A stretch of DNA of 38,359 nucleotides. It comes from Nitrospirae bacterium MYbin3. Its GTDB lineage: Bacteria; Nitrospirota; Thermodesulfovibrionia; Thermodesulfovibrionales; Dissulfurispiraceae. The stretch is from positions 1-38,359 of the forward strand of contig PEAD01000028.1 in assembly GCA_002753335.1 (NCBI GenBank), read 5' to 3'. A program made the translations under genes and the position numbers. Shown piece by piece: positions 17,596 to 25,866 of this stretch (the stretch's first letter is position 1; each line of letters begins with the position of its first letter). The notes under the pieces are model-generated. The model was not told where the DNA came from and made no database searches. It saw only the letters and a list, made by a program, of their open reading frames with translations.

Positions 17596-18831
17596 ATGGT
17601 AACACAGGCAGTAAATGTCGAAATTGTTTCAAAGAAACCTGAGATGAAATCTTTTGGAGTGGATTTGCAGAATGTCCAAGAAATCAACTCAAGCAATGAT
17701 TTTGCGAAGAGCCTTAAGGTGCTGCTTTCTGATAACGAGGTGAACAAGGATTCTCTAGTTGTTGATACAAATGGCAACCAGATTAAGGTTGCCGACCTGA
17801 TGGAAAAGATTTCTGATGGCAAGGATATGCTGGGCGAAGATGTTGTCAGCATGGTCGAGCAGTTGATGGCCCAGCTTCAACTGCAGGTTTCTCAAGTAGT
17901 TCCTCAGGCCGCAGTTCAGTCGGCGCAGGATGGCATTCAATCCGCTATTCCAACTGCACAGAGCGCTCTTGCTCTTATGTTTCAGATGCCGCAGATAATG
18001 GATGGCCTTAATAAGCTCCCAGCCAATACTGAATTGAAATCTTCTCAAGCTGCTGCTCAAGCTTATACTGCTGGTGAAGGTGTTGTAGATTTAGCAGAAG
18101 CATTTAAGGGTGTGATGAAGTCGGATATCGCCACTCCTGTTATGAACAATACCGGTAAGATCGACATAAGCGACTTTAAATTATTGCTGAGCGATGCGAG
18201 TAAGGAGCTTCAGTCGATAAATATGGATATGAAATTTACGGTATTGGGAGAGAAAGAAATTGCTTTGATAGATGCGATGCCCCAAGAAATAGCTGTAGAG
18301 GATTTGCTTAAAGAGACCGACATGTTTTTAGTAAAAGATAATGATGCTCCGCAAAATAATAGTTCTAATGTATCAACATTTGCGCAGACCGGAGCGGTGC
18401 AGCATGATAATAAGAATCTGACTATTGCCAAAGATTCGATCAATATAGAAAAACTCAGAGATATAGATATCCCGATCATGAAAGCTGTAGATGGTGGGAC
18501 CAAAAATCTATTAGTAAGGCTTGATCCTCCTGATCTTGGAAGTGTACAGATTAAGTTGTCTATGAACAATGGTTTGTTAAGGGCAGATTTCAAGGTGGAT
18601 TCTTCAGCGGTTAAGGATTTGTTTACCGCAAATATGCCGCACATAAAGGCCTCACTTGAGAATTCCGGGCTGCGGGTGGGAGAGTTTTTTGTGGATGTGA
18701 GGGAAGAGGGTTTTTACTATTCTGACGACCGCAGACAGAGTAATACCAATGAAGACCAAAAGCAACATCAGCAAAATCAACATAAACAGGCAAAAGACGA
18801 AAAATTCAGCTTTTCTGATCTTTTTGCATAA
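17596..18831 (+). CDS. fliK: Hook-length control protein FliK
   Basis: Low-complexity N-terminal region plus C-terminal VRLDPPDLGSVQI...LENSGL; precedes flgD. Confidence 0.9.
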   Translation: MVTQAVNVEIVSKKPEMKSFGVDLQNVQEINSSNDFAKSLKVLLSDNEVNKDSLVVDTNGNQIKVADLMEKISDGKDMLGEDVVSMVEQLMAQLQLQVSQVVPQAAVQSAQDGIQSAIPTAQSALALMFQMPQIMDGLNKLPANTELKSSQAAAQAYTAGEGVVDLAEAFKGVMKSDIATPVMNNTGKIDISDFKLLLSDASKELQSINMDMKFTVLGEKEIALIDAMPQEIAVEDLLKETDMFLVKDNDAPQNNSSNVSTFAQTGAVQHDNKNLTIAKDSINIEKLRDIDIPIMKAVDGGTKNLLVRLDPPDLGSVQIKLSMNNGLLRADFKVDSSAVKDLFTANMPHIKASLENSGLRVGEFFVDVREEGFYYSDDRRQSNTNEDQKQHQQNQHKQAKDEKFSFSDLFA

Positions 18832-18845
18832 TAGGAGGATAAATT

Positions 18846-19286
18846 ATGGCATTCCAGTCAACAGCGCCAATATTCAGCGATCCTACATATTTTAAGCAGA
18901 CATCTGCAACAAAAACAGATGACAAAAAAGATGCTACGACTATAGCAAAGGATGATTTTATGAAGCTGCTTTTTACGCAGCTTAAGAATCAGGATCCTTT
19001 AAATCCGGTTGAGGATAAGGATTTTATAGCACAATTGGCGAGTTTCAGCAGTCTTGAGCAGACAACACTAATGAACAATAATATTAGCTCGTTGCTTAAG
19101 CAAGAGAAGATATCAAACGCGTCTGCAGCCTCTTCGCTTATAGGCCAAGCCATTACGAGCCTTGATAATGACAGCGGAATTGTCAGAAGCATAGCAATTG
19201 ATGAAAAGGGAGTGTATGTTTCGGTAAACGGCAAGAATGTTGCGCTTGACAGAATAAAAGAGATCAGAAATCCATATATTACCTAA
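18846..19286 (+). CDS. flgD: Hook capping protein FlgD
   Basis: DFMKLLFTQLKNQDPLNP...FIAQLASFSSLEQ. Confidence 0.96.
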   Translation: MAFQSTAPIFSDPTYFKQTSATKTDDKKDATTIAKDDFMKLLFTQLKNQDPLNPVEDKDFIAQLASFSSLEQTTLMNNNISSLLKQEKISNASAASSLIGQAITSLDNDSGIVRSIAIDEKGVYVSVNGKNVALDRIKEIRNPYIT

Positions 19287-19298
19287 CGGAGGTTTATC

Positions 19299-20642
19299 AT
19301 GAGTATCTTAACATCATTGTTCACAGGCGTCAGCGGGTTGATAGTAAACGGAACTGCCTTGTCGGTAATTGGTGACAATATAGCCAACTCCAACACCGTA
19401 GGTTTTAAAGGCGGGAGGTCCATATTTGGCGATGTATTAAGTCAGGCGCTGGCAGGCAGTTCAACAACACAGATAGGCAGAGGCGCAAACTTATTAAGAA
19501 CACAGGTTATGTTTACACAGGGCAACTTCGAAACATCAGCCAACCCTCTTGATATGGCGGTTGATGGAGAGGGCTTTTTTGTTGTCAAGGAGACAAGTGG
19601 AGGCACATTCTATACCAGAAGCGGACAGTCGGGCATTGACAATAACGGCTATATAATTTCACCCACAGGACTAAGGTATCAAGGGTTTATTTATAGCAAT
19701 GGTGTTCTTCAGATCGGTAATCCTCAAGACATAAACGTATCAAGCGTAAGCAGCAGTCCGAGCGCAACAGCTACTATAAGTCTTCAGGCAAATCTTGATT
19801 CGAGAGAATCCGCTCCTGCAGCTTGGGCGTTTGTAGCAGGGGCAACAGGACCGAGTTCTGACCAATACAACTTTAATACTACGATGACCGTTTATGACAG
19901 TCAAGGAAATGATCATGCTGTTGGTGTATATTTTAGGAAAACAGCCACCACAAATCTTTGGGAGGCTCATTTTGTTTATAACGATAATCAGAGTGGAGCG
20001 GCCGATCCCACGAGATATGTAGAAGTTGATTTTGATCTTGGCACCGCAGGTACGCAGCCTTTGTATTTAGAATTTGGCAGTGACGGCACACTTTCAAAAG
20101 TTGATAATGTTAACCCACCTGTTACAGGAGTTGTGGCAAATACGGGGACTTTTGATTTTAGTTGGTGGACAGCAGCAGCAGCAGATCAATCAATAGACAT
20201 ATCTATGGGGTATAGCGGTCAAAACTCAACACAGTTCGGTTCTCCTTCGAGTATGGTGTTTCAGAGCCAGGATGGATGGACATCAGGAGCATTAAGGGCA
20301 TTGACGATTGGTGGTGATGGAACGATTGCTGGTGTTTTTACCAACGGTCAGGTTAAGAACATAGCACAGATAATTCTTGCCAAGTTCACATCTCCTCAGG
20401 GTCTCACAAAAATGGGCAAGAGTCTTTACGCAGAGTCTCACGATTCAGGGCAGCCGGTTATAGGCGCCCCAAACAACTCTGGCCGTGGCGGCATACTGCC
20501 GAATACAGTTGAACTGAGCAATGTTGATATTGCAGAAGAATTTGTTCGAATGATAGCTGCCCAGAGAGGATTTCAGGCTAATGCAAGGGTTATAACCACT
20601 TCTGACAGTATGCTTTCTGAGGTCACAAACATAATGAGGTAG
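19299..20642 (+). CDS. flgE: Hook protein FlgE
   Basis: GDNIANSNTVGFK, VYDSQG, ELSNVDIAEEFVRMIAAQRGFQANA. Confidence 0.96.
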   Translation: MSILTSLFTGVSGLIVNGTALSVIGDNIANSNTVGFKGGRSIFGDVLSQALAGSSTTQIGRGANLLRTQVMFTQGNFETSANPLDMAVDGEGFFVVKETSGGTFYTRSGQSGIDNNGYIISPTGLRYQGFIYSNGVLQIGNPQDINVSSVSSSPSATATISLQANLDSRESAPAAWAFVAGATGPSSDQYNFNTTMTVYDSQGNDHAVGVYFRKTATTNLWEAHFVYNDNQSGAADPTRYVEVDFDLGTAGTQPLYLEFGSDGTLSKVDNVNPPVTGVVANTGTFDFSWWTAAAADQSIDISMGYSGQNSTQFGSPSSMVFQSQDGWTSGALRALTIGGDGTIAGVFTNGQVKNIAQIILAKFTSPQGLTKMGKSLYAESHDSGQPVIGAPNNSGRGGILPNTVELSNVDIAEEFVRMIAAQRGFQANARVITTSDSMLSEVTNIMR

Positions 20643-20670
20643 TTTTTTAATAGTTTCTTGTTTGTCCATG

Positions 20671-20714
20671 TGACGGTTAGGGTCTAAATCAAAGGCTCTA
20701 ACCGTCATTTTCTT
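20671..20714 (+). terminator. Rho-independent terminator after flgE
   Basis: TGACGGTTAGGGTCT-aaatcaa-AGGCTCTAACCGTCA (15 bp, two G-U pairs) followed by TTTTCTT. Confidence 0.8.
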
Positions 20715-20717
20715 GAC
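20704..20717. promoter_or_regulatory. FleQ-type enhancer box
   Basis: GTCATTTTCTTGAC, starting 66 bp before the -24 GG of the fliL promoter. Confidence 0.65.
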
Positions 20718-20750
20718 CTAAATCCCATCTTTTTATACAAAAAACATAAA

Positions 20751-20763
20751 ATTCAACTAGTTA
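20751..20763. promoter_or_regulatory. IHF-like site
   Basis: ATTCAACTAGTTA, one mismatch; preceded by A-tracts. Confidence 0.55.
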
Positions 20764-20768
20764 TCATT

Positions 20769-20784
20769 TGGCATACAATGTGCA
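20769..20784 (+). promoter_or_regulatory. Sigma54 promoter of the fliL operon
   Basis: TGGCATACAATGTGCA, GG-N10-GC. Confidence 0.75.
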
Positions 20785-20835
20785 AACAGTGTTAAGGCAA
20801 TTTGCACAATTTTATGCATATTTTAAGGAGGCGAT

Positions 20836-21342
20836 ATGGCTGATGAAGAACCTAAAGAAGGCGAGGCTGCTGAAGCACCACCACCTAAGAAAAAGGGTAA
20901 ACTTTTAATAATAATTATTGTGGCTGTTGTTTTGCTGGTTGGAGGTGGAGGCGGAGCCTTCTTCTTCCTGAAGAAGTCCGGAGGTGGAGGTGAGGGTAAA
21001 GAGGCCGAAAAGAAGGCTGATAAAAAGGGTGAAGATGTTGTTATGTATTCTATCGAGCCGTTTGTTGTTAATTTAACCGATCAGGGTGGAGGAAAATTTC
21101 TTAAAGTAACCCTTCAACTGGAACTTGCTAATGCAGGGCCTACAACATCAGATAAAGCAAAAGCTAAAAACCCTCAACTAAGGGATGCAATAATCACGCT
21201 TCTTACTAGCAAGTCAGCAGAAACTTTAGTGTCCCCTGAAGGCAAGCTGCAGCTTAAGGACGAAATATCTGTCAGGGCTAATCAGATACTCGGTGAGGGG
21301 GCGGTTAAAAATGTGTATCTTACAGAGTTTGTAATGCAGTAA
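20836..21342 (+). CDS. fliL: Flagellar protein FliL
   Basis: KKKGK + TM + GGG, EPFVVNL, VKNVYLTEFVMQ. Confidence 0.96.
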   Translation: MADEEPKEGEAAEAPPPKKKGKLLIIIIVAVVLLVGGGGGAFFFLKKSGGGGEGKEAEKKADKKGEDVVMYSIEPFVVNLTDQGGGKFLKVTLQLELANAGPTTSDKAKAKNPQLRDAIITLLTSKSAETLVSPEGKLQLKDEISVRANQILGEGAVKNVYLTEFVMQ

Positions 21343-21388
21343 AGAACTTTATATTCTATTGTTTAACGTACTGTTTTAAGAGGAGATA

Positions 21389-22351
21389 ATGGAAGATATC
21401 CTGTCGCAAGATGAAGTTGATGCGCTACTTAAAGGTATATCTGACGGGGATGTAGAAACCGAAAAGGTTGAAGAGGTTTCTGGTGTAAAGCTTTATGATT
21501 TTACCGGTCAGGAAAAGATTGTTCGTGGCCGGATGCCATCTCTTGATATAGCCAATGAAAGGTTGGCAAGGAATTTTCGTCTTTCACTTTCTGCTGCAAT
21601 AAGGCATATGGTTGATGTAACCAATGTTAATGTAAACATCACTAAATTTTATGACTTTATGCGAGGCATTCCTTTTCCTTCAAGTATCAATGTGTTTAAG
21701 ATGGAACCTTTAAGAGGATACGGGCTTTTGGTTTTTGATGCTCCGATGATTTTCACTCTTATCGAGTTTTTCTTTGGCGGCACCGGAAAAGGACATTACA
21801 AACCTGAGGGACGTGAATTTACCCCTATAGAACAAAAGATTATACATAAAGTTGTGATAATGTTCTTTAGTGATATGGAAGAGGCATGGAAACCGATCTA
21901 TCCTGTTGTTCCAACATATGTCAGGTCAGAAATGAATCCTCAATTTGTAACTATAGTAACCCCTGTGGATGTTGTTATAAAAGTTGAGTATATTCTTGAG
22001 ATAGAAGGTAAGCAGTGCAGGGTATTTTTGTGCATACCTTATGGTACTGTTGAACCTATTAAAGAGAAACTTTATAGCGCATTCTCTGCTGATAGGGATG
22101 AAATGGATCATAAATGGCTTGATAGATTGCGTGAGAGATTAAAGGAAATCCCATTGAATTTAACAGCAACTCTCGGTAGGACAATGGTTACGGTTGAGGA
22201 TGTTCTGAATATGCAGAAAGAGGATATTATCATCCTTAATAAAAGAGTGGATGATGGTATTGATATAGATGTAGAAGGAGTACCTAAACTGGAGGGCAAA
22301 TTCGGTATTTATAAAGGATCTTACGGGTTAAAGATTACCAAATTTACTTAG
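21389..22351 (+). CDS. fliM: Motor switch protein FliM
   Basis: LSQDEVDALL CheY-binding peptide, FFGGTG, REFTPIE, C-terminal SpoA domain. Confidence 0.97.
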   Translation: MEDILSQDEVDALLKGISDGDVETEKVEEVSGVKLYDFTGQEKIVRGRMPSLDIANERLARNFRLSLSAAIRHMVDVTNVNVNITKFYDFMRGIPFPSSINVFKMEPLRGYGLLVFDAPMIFTLIEFFFGGTGKGHYKPEGREFTPIEQKIIHKVVIMFFSDMEEAWKPIYPVVPTYVRSEMNPQFVTIVTPVDVVIKVEYILEIEGKQCRVFLCIPYGTVEPIKEKLYSAFSADRDEMDHKWLDRLRERLKEIPLNLTATLGRTMVTVEDVLNMQKEDIIILNKRVDDGIDIDVEGVPKLEGKFGIYKGSYGLKITKFT

Positions 22352-22373
22352 AAACAATTAGTTAGGAGGTAAA

Positions 22374-22703
22374 ATGTCAGAAGATGTTAAGGATTTGAAT
22401 ATGGAAGAATTTGGAATGGAGGGAACATCTCCTGCTACACAACAGAGGGATGTCAATTTTATTCTTGATGTTCCACTTGAGCTTACAGTTGTTATAGGCA
22501 GAACAAAAATACTGATTCAGGAACTATTGCAGTTGGGGCAGGGGTCTGTAATTGCGCTCGAGAAACTTGCTGGAGAGCCGATGGAGGTGTATGTGAATGA
22601 CAGACTTGTTGGAAGAGGCGAAGTTGTTGTTGTAAATGAGAAGTTTGGTATAAGGGTAACTGATATAATCAGTCCTACCGAGCGAGTAAGGTCTTTAAAA
22701 TAA
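22374..22703 (+). CDS. fliN: Motor switch protein FliN
   Basis: LDVPLEL, LGQGSVIAL, GEVVVVNEKFGIR. Confidence 0.97.
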   Translation: MSEDVKDLNMEEFGMEGTSPATQQRDVNFILDVPLELTVVIGRTKILIQELLQLGQGSVIALEKLAGEPMEVYVNDRLVGRGEVVVVNEKFGIRVTDIISPTERVRSLK

Positions 22704-22724
22704 TAGTTTAATCATATTGGAGGA

Positions 22725-23774
22725 ATGACTTTGGGTTTAGAGGTGTTAAAAATTCTGATAGTTTTAATAATAGTACTTGCAGGTCTTTATCTATTTCTGC
22801 GTATTATAAAACAAAGGGTTATGCCACAAAAAGGCTTCATAGATTTATTGTATTTTTATCCTTTAGGAACAAAGCGTGGCATAGGTATAGTTAAAGTAAT
22901 GGATGATTATTTTGTTTTGGGCATCGGCGATCAAAATGTTTCTTTGATAGAAAAGCTGGATCCACAAGTTGCAGCAGCCAGCTTAAATGAGAAGATAGAA
23001 GTGAATGTACAGGGTTTCAAGCTGAAAGATATATTTAAAAACAAAGGGAAACTTATATTTTCTTCATTCTGGTTTTTCTGTGGTCTCTTCTTTTCGGATA
23101 CCGCTTTTAGCGCGCCGTCACCAGCTACTGCCGGGGGAGGAATACTTGGACTTAATTCCCCCCTCGAGTTATTGCTCTTTTTTACTCTGCTGTCAATTTT
23201 ACCCGCAATGCTGGTTATGTGCACATGCTTTACAAGGATAATTGTTGTTTTATCTTTTTTAAAACAGGCTATGGGCACGCCTCAAGCACCACCTAATACT
23301 GTTTTGATAGGCTTAGCGCTTTTTATTACTTTTTTTGTGATGTCACCGGTATTTGACCGTGTATATTCAGAGGCTTATCTGCCATATACTAAGAAACAGA
23401 TTGATGCAGAAGCTGCTTTGAACAAGGCTAGTGTTCCTCTAAAAGAGTTTATGCTTAGACAGACTAAAGAGAAGGATTTAGCCCTTTTCCTGAAAATTTC
23501 AAAGAGCGAAAGGCCGGCCAGCCCTATGGATTTACCCATGAGGGTAGTTATTCCTGCATTTGCTATTGGAGAACTTCAGAAAGCATTTGAGATAGGATTC
23601 CTTATCTATCTGCCTTTTCTGGTTATTGATATGGTTGTCGGCAGTATTTTGCTTGCTATGGGTATGATGATGCTTCCTCCTGTTATGGTATCTTTGCCGG
23701 TTAAACTCCTTTTGTTTGTTCTGGCTGATGGCTGGGAATTGATAATTGGTTCGTTAATAGGTAGCTTCAGATGA
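22725..23774 (+). CDS. fliP: Fused FliO-FliP export gate protein
   Basis: Residues ~1-80 are FliO-like (TM + LGTKRGIGIVKV..FVLGIG..VSLI); residues ~145-349 are FliP (TCFTRIIVVLSFL, PPNTVL, GMMMLPP); single open frame. Confidence 0.9.
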   Translation: MTLGLEVLKILIVLIIVLAGLYLFLRIIKQRVMPQKGFIDLLYFYPLGTKRGIGIVKVMDDYFVLGIGDQNVSLIEKLDPQVAAASLNEKIEVNVQGFKLKDIFKNKGKLIFSSFWFFCGLFFSDTAFSAPSPATAGGGILGLNSPLELLLFFTLLSILPAMLVMCTCFTRIIVVLSFLKQAMGTPQAPPNTVLIGLALFITFFVMSPVFDRVYSEAYLPYTKKQIDAEAALNKASVPLKEFMLRQTKEKDLALFLKISKSERPASPMDLPMRVVIPAFAIGELQKAFEIGFLIYLPFLVIDMVVGSILLAMGMMMLPPVMVSLPVKLLLFVLADGWELIIGSLIGSFR

Positions 23775-24040
23775 CGGTTGAACTTCTTCAACAGATATCA
23801 AAGCAGACGTTCGAAACCGTTTTGATGGTCGGAGGGCCTGTATTGGTTGCCAGTCTTGTAATTGGTATCGTAATCAGTTTCTTTCAGGCAATGACCCAGC
23901 TTCAGGAGGCTACCATAACATTCGTACCAAAGATAATCGCCGTTTTTTTGACGCTTTTGGTCTCATTGCCATGGATGGTTAAAATTATGGTTTCGTTTAC
24001 CAGAAATATTTTTGAAAATATACCGCTTTATGTTAGATAG
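23771..24040 (+). CDS. fliQ: Export gate FliQ
   Basis: FQAMTQLQEATITFVPK. Confidence 0.97.
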   Translation: MTVELLQQISKQTFETVLMVGGPVLVASLVIGIVISFFQAMTQLQEATITFVPKIIAVFLTLLVSLPWMVKIMVSFTRNIFENIPLYVR

Positions 24041-24045
24041 AAAAC

Positions 24046-24783
24046 ATGGAACTCTTTAATATAGTCAATATTTACTCAGGAAAACTTATTCCTGTATTCA
24101 TAAGAATAGCTGCGATGTTTTCTTTCATACCCTTTTTGGGCGCTAAGGCGACCCCGATGATGTTTAAGGTTGGTCTTGTTTTGGCCTTGAGTATTTTTGT
24201 TGCGCCTTTCGCTAAAGTTAATCCTGAAGATCCTTTCAGGGCTATACTGGACGCAATTTTTGTCGGTATGTCAATGGGACTTGCAGCAAGAATCATATTC
24301 GGCGCTGTCGAGATGGCTGCTCAGTGGATAAGTCTTCAGATGGGCTTCGGACTTGCGGCTGTTTTTAATCCACAGTTTGGTGAGACGATGGGGCCGCTGA
24401 ATTTCTTCTATATGTTTCTGACCATGGTCTTTTTTTTCGCTCTGGACATACATCATCATTTTATAGAAGGCATAGTAAGAAGCTTCGAAATTGAGCAGGT
24501 TCAATACAAAACCATATTTCAGACCATCATAAATCTTAATGCATTGCTTTTTCCTCTTGCATTCAAAATAGCCGCACCCATAATAGTTGTTCAGATGCTT
24601 GTTAACATCGCTATGGGCTTTTTGTCCAAGGCGATGCCGCAGGCCAACATATTTTTTGTAAGCTTTCCTGTTTTGCTCGCGATAGGGTTTATTTTTATCA
24701 TTGCATCACTGTCATTGACCTTTATGCTTATTTCCAAGGCTTTCCTCAATATGAAGGAAGCTATTTTTTTGTTTACGAGGTAA
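24046..24783 (+). CDS. fliR: Export gate FliR
   Basis: Hydrophobic; QMGFG, KAMPQANIFFVSFP. Confidence 0.95.
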   Translation: MELFNIVNIYSGKLIPVFIRIAAMFSFIPFLGAKATPMMFKVGLVLALSIFVAPFAKVNPEDPFRAILDAIFVGMSMGLAARIIFGAVEMAAQWISLQMGFGLAAVFNPQFGETMGPLNFFYMFLTMVFFFALDIHHHFIEGIVRSFEIEQVQYKTIFQTIINLNALLFPLAFKIAAPIIVVQMLVNIAMGFLSKAMPQANIFFVSFPVLLAIGFIFIIASLSLTFMLISKAFLNMKEAIFLFTR

Positions 24784-24786
24784 CGG

Positions 24787-25863
24787 ATGGCTGCCGAAGA
24801 CGAAGGCCGCACAGAAGAGGCAACGCCGCGACGGCGTGGTGAGGCAAGGGATAAAGGGAACATAGCAACAAGCAGGGAGCTTATCAGTCTTGTTCCTTTA
24901 TGGGTGTTTTTTTCATTTTTTTCATTCAGCGGGATAGCTTTTTTCAATACCCTGCTTGGTTTTTTTAGATCATCACTTAAAAGGAGCTTTGAGACCACAT
25001 TGAGCGATGCGTCGTTTGTGGAAATATTCAAAACGGATGCGTACCAGTTGGGAGCGCTGATGCTGCCGTTGTTCGCGTGGATGATTGTGTTGGCTATTGT
25101 TATTCATTTGTACTCGACAGGTTTTTATTTTTCTGCCTCACGAATGAAATTTGAGAATGGAGGCGCTTTAAACCTTAATCCTGCGAATTTCATTAAGAGA
25201 ATGTTCAGCTCAGCAATGGTGTTTGATCTGGGCAAGGGCTTCTTAAAGATGATTATTTTAAGTCTTATACTGTACCTGATTCTGAAAAAAGAGATTTTAA
25301 CGCTGCCGCTTCTTGTTGACATGGATGTCCTTTCGATTGCAGGAATTTCTTTTGGTCATGTAAAGAAGCTTATTTTGATTTCGGCCTTGGTGCTGAGTTT
25401 TTTCGGGTTGATAGACTATTTCTATCAAAAATGGCAGTACGAAGAAAGCCTTAAGATGACAAAGATGGATGTTAAAGATGAGATGAAATCTTCAGAAGGT
25501 GATCCTAAGGTAAAGGCAAGGATCAGAAGTCTTCAGAGGCAGATGGCTATGAAGAGGATGATGCAGGATGTGCCAAAGGCTGATGTGGTAATTACAAACC
25601 CCACTCATCTGGCTATAGCCCTTAAATATGATACTTCAAAGATGGCCGCTCCTACGGTAGTGGCAAAGGGCGCGAACCTCGTCGCAGAACGGATAAAAGC
25701 AGTTGCGAAAAAACATAAAGTGCCGGTGTTTGAAGACAAGCCGCTGGCCCGTACTCTTTTTAAGATAGAAATCGGGCAGGAGATTCCGGAAGTGCTGTAT
25801 AGAGCGGTGGCAACAATACTTGCGAATGTTTATAAAATGAAAGGCAAAATACTAAGGAAATAG
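24787..25863 (+). CDS. flhB: Export switch FlhB
   Basis: RTEEATPRR, EGDPKVKARIR, NPTH autocleavage site. Confidence 0.97.
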   Translation: MAAEDEGRTEEATPRRRGEARDKGNIATSRELISLVPLWVFFSFFSFSGIAFFNTLLGFFRSSLKRSFETTLSDASFVEIFKTDAYQLGALMLPLFAWMIVLAIVIHLYSTGFYFSASRMKFENGGALNLNPANFIKRMFSSAMVFDLGKGFLKMIILSLILYLILKKEILTLPLLVDMDVLSIAGISFGHVKKLILISALVLSFFGLIDYFYQKWQYEESLKMTKMDVKDEMKSSEGDPKVKARIRSLQRQMAMKRMMQDVPKADVVITNPTHLAIALKYDTSKMAAPTVVAKGANLVAERIKAVAKKHKVPVFEDKPLARTLFKIEIGQEIPEVLYRAVATILANVYKMKGKILRK

Positions 25864-25866
25864 ACG

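Noticed and set aside
20170..20184. (CAG)5 in flgE, and Gly-codon repeats in fliL and fliF
   Set aside because: In-frame coding low complexity, not phase-variation tracts.
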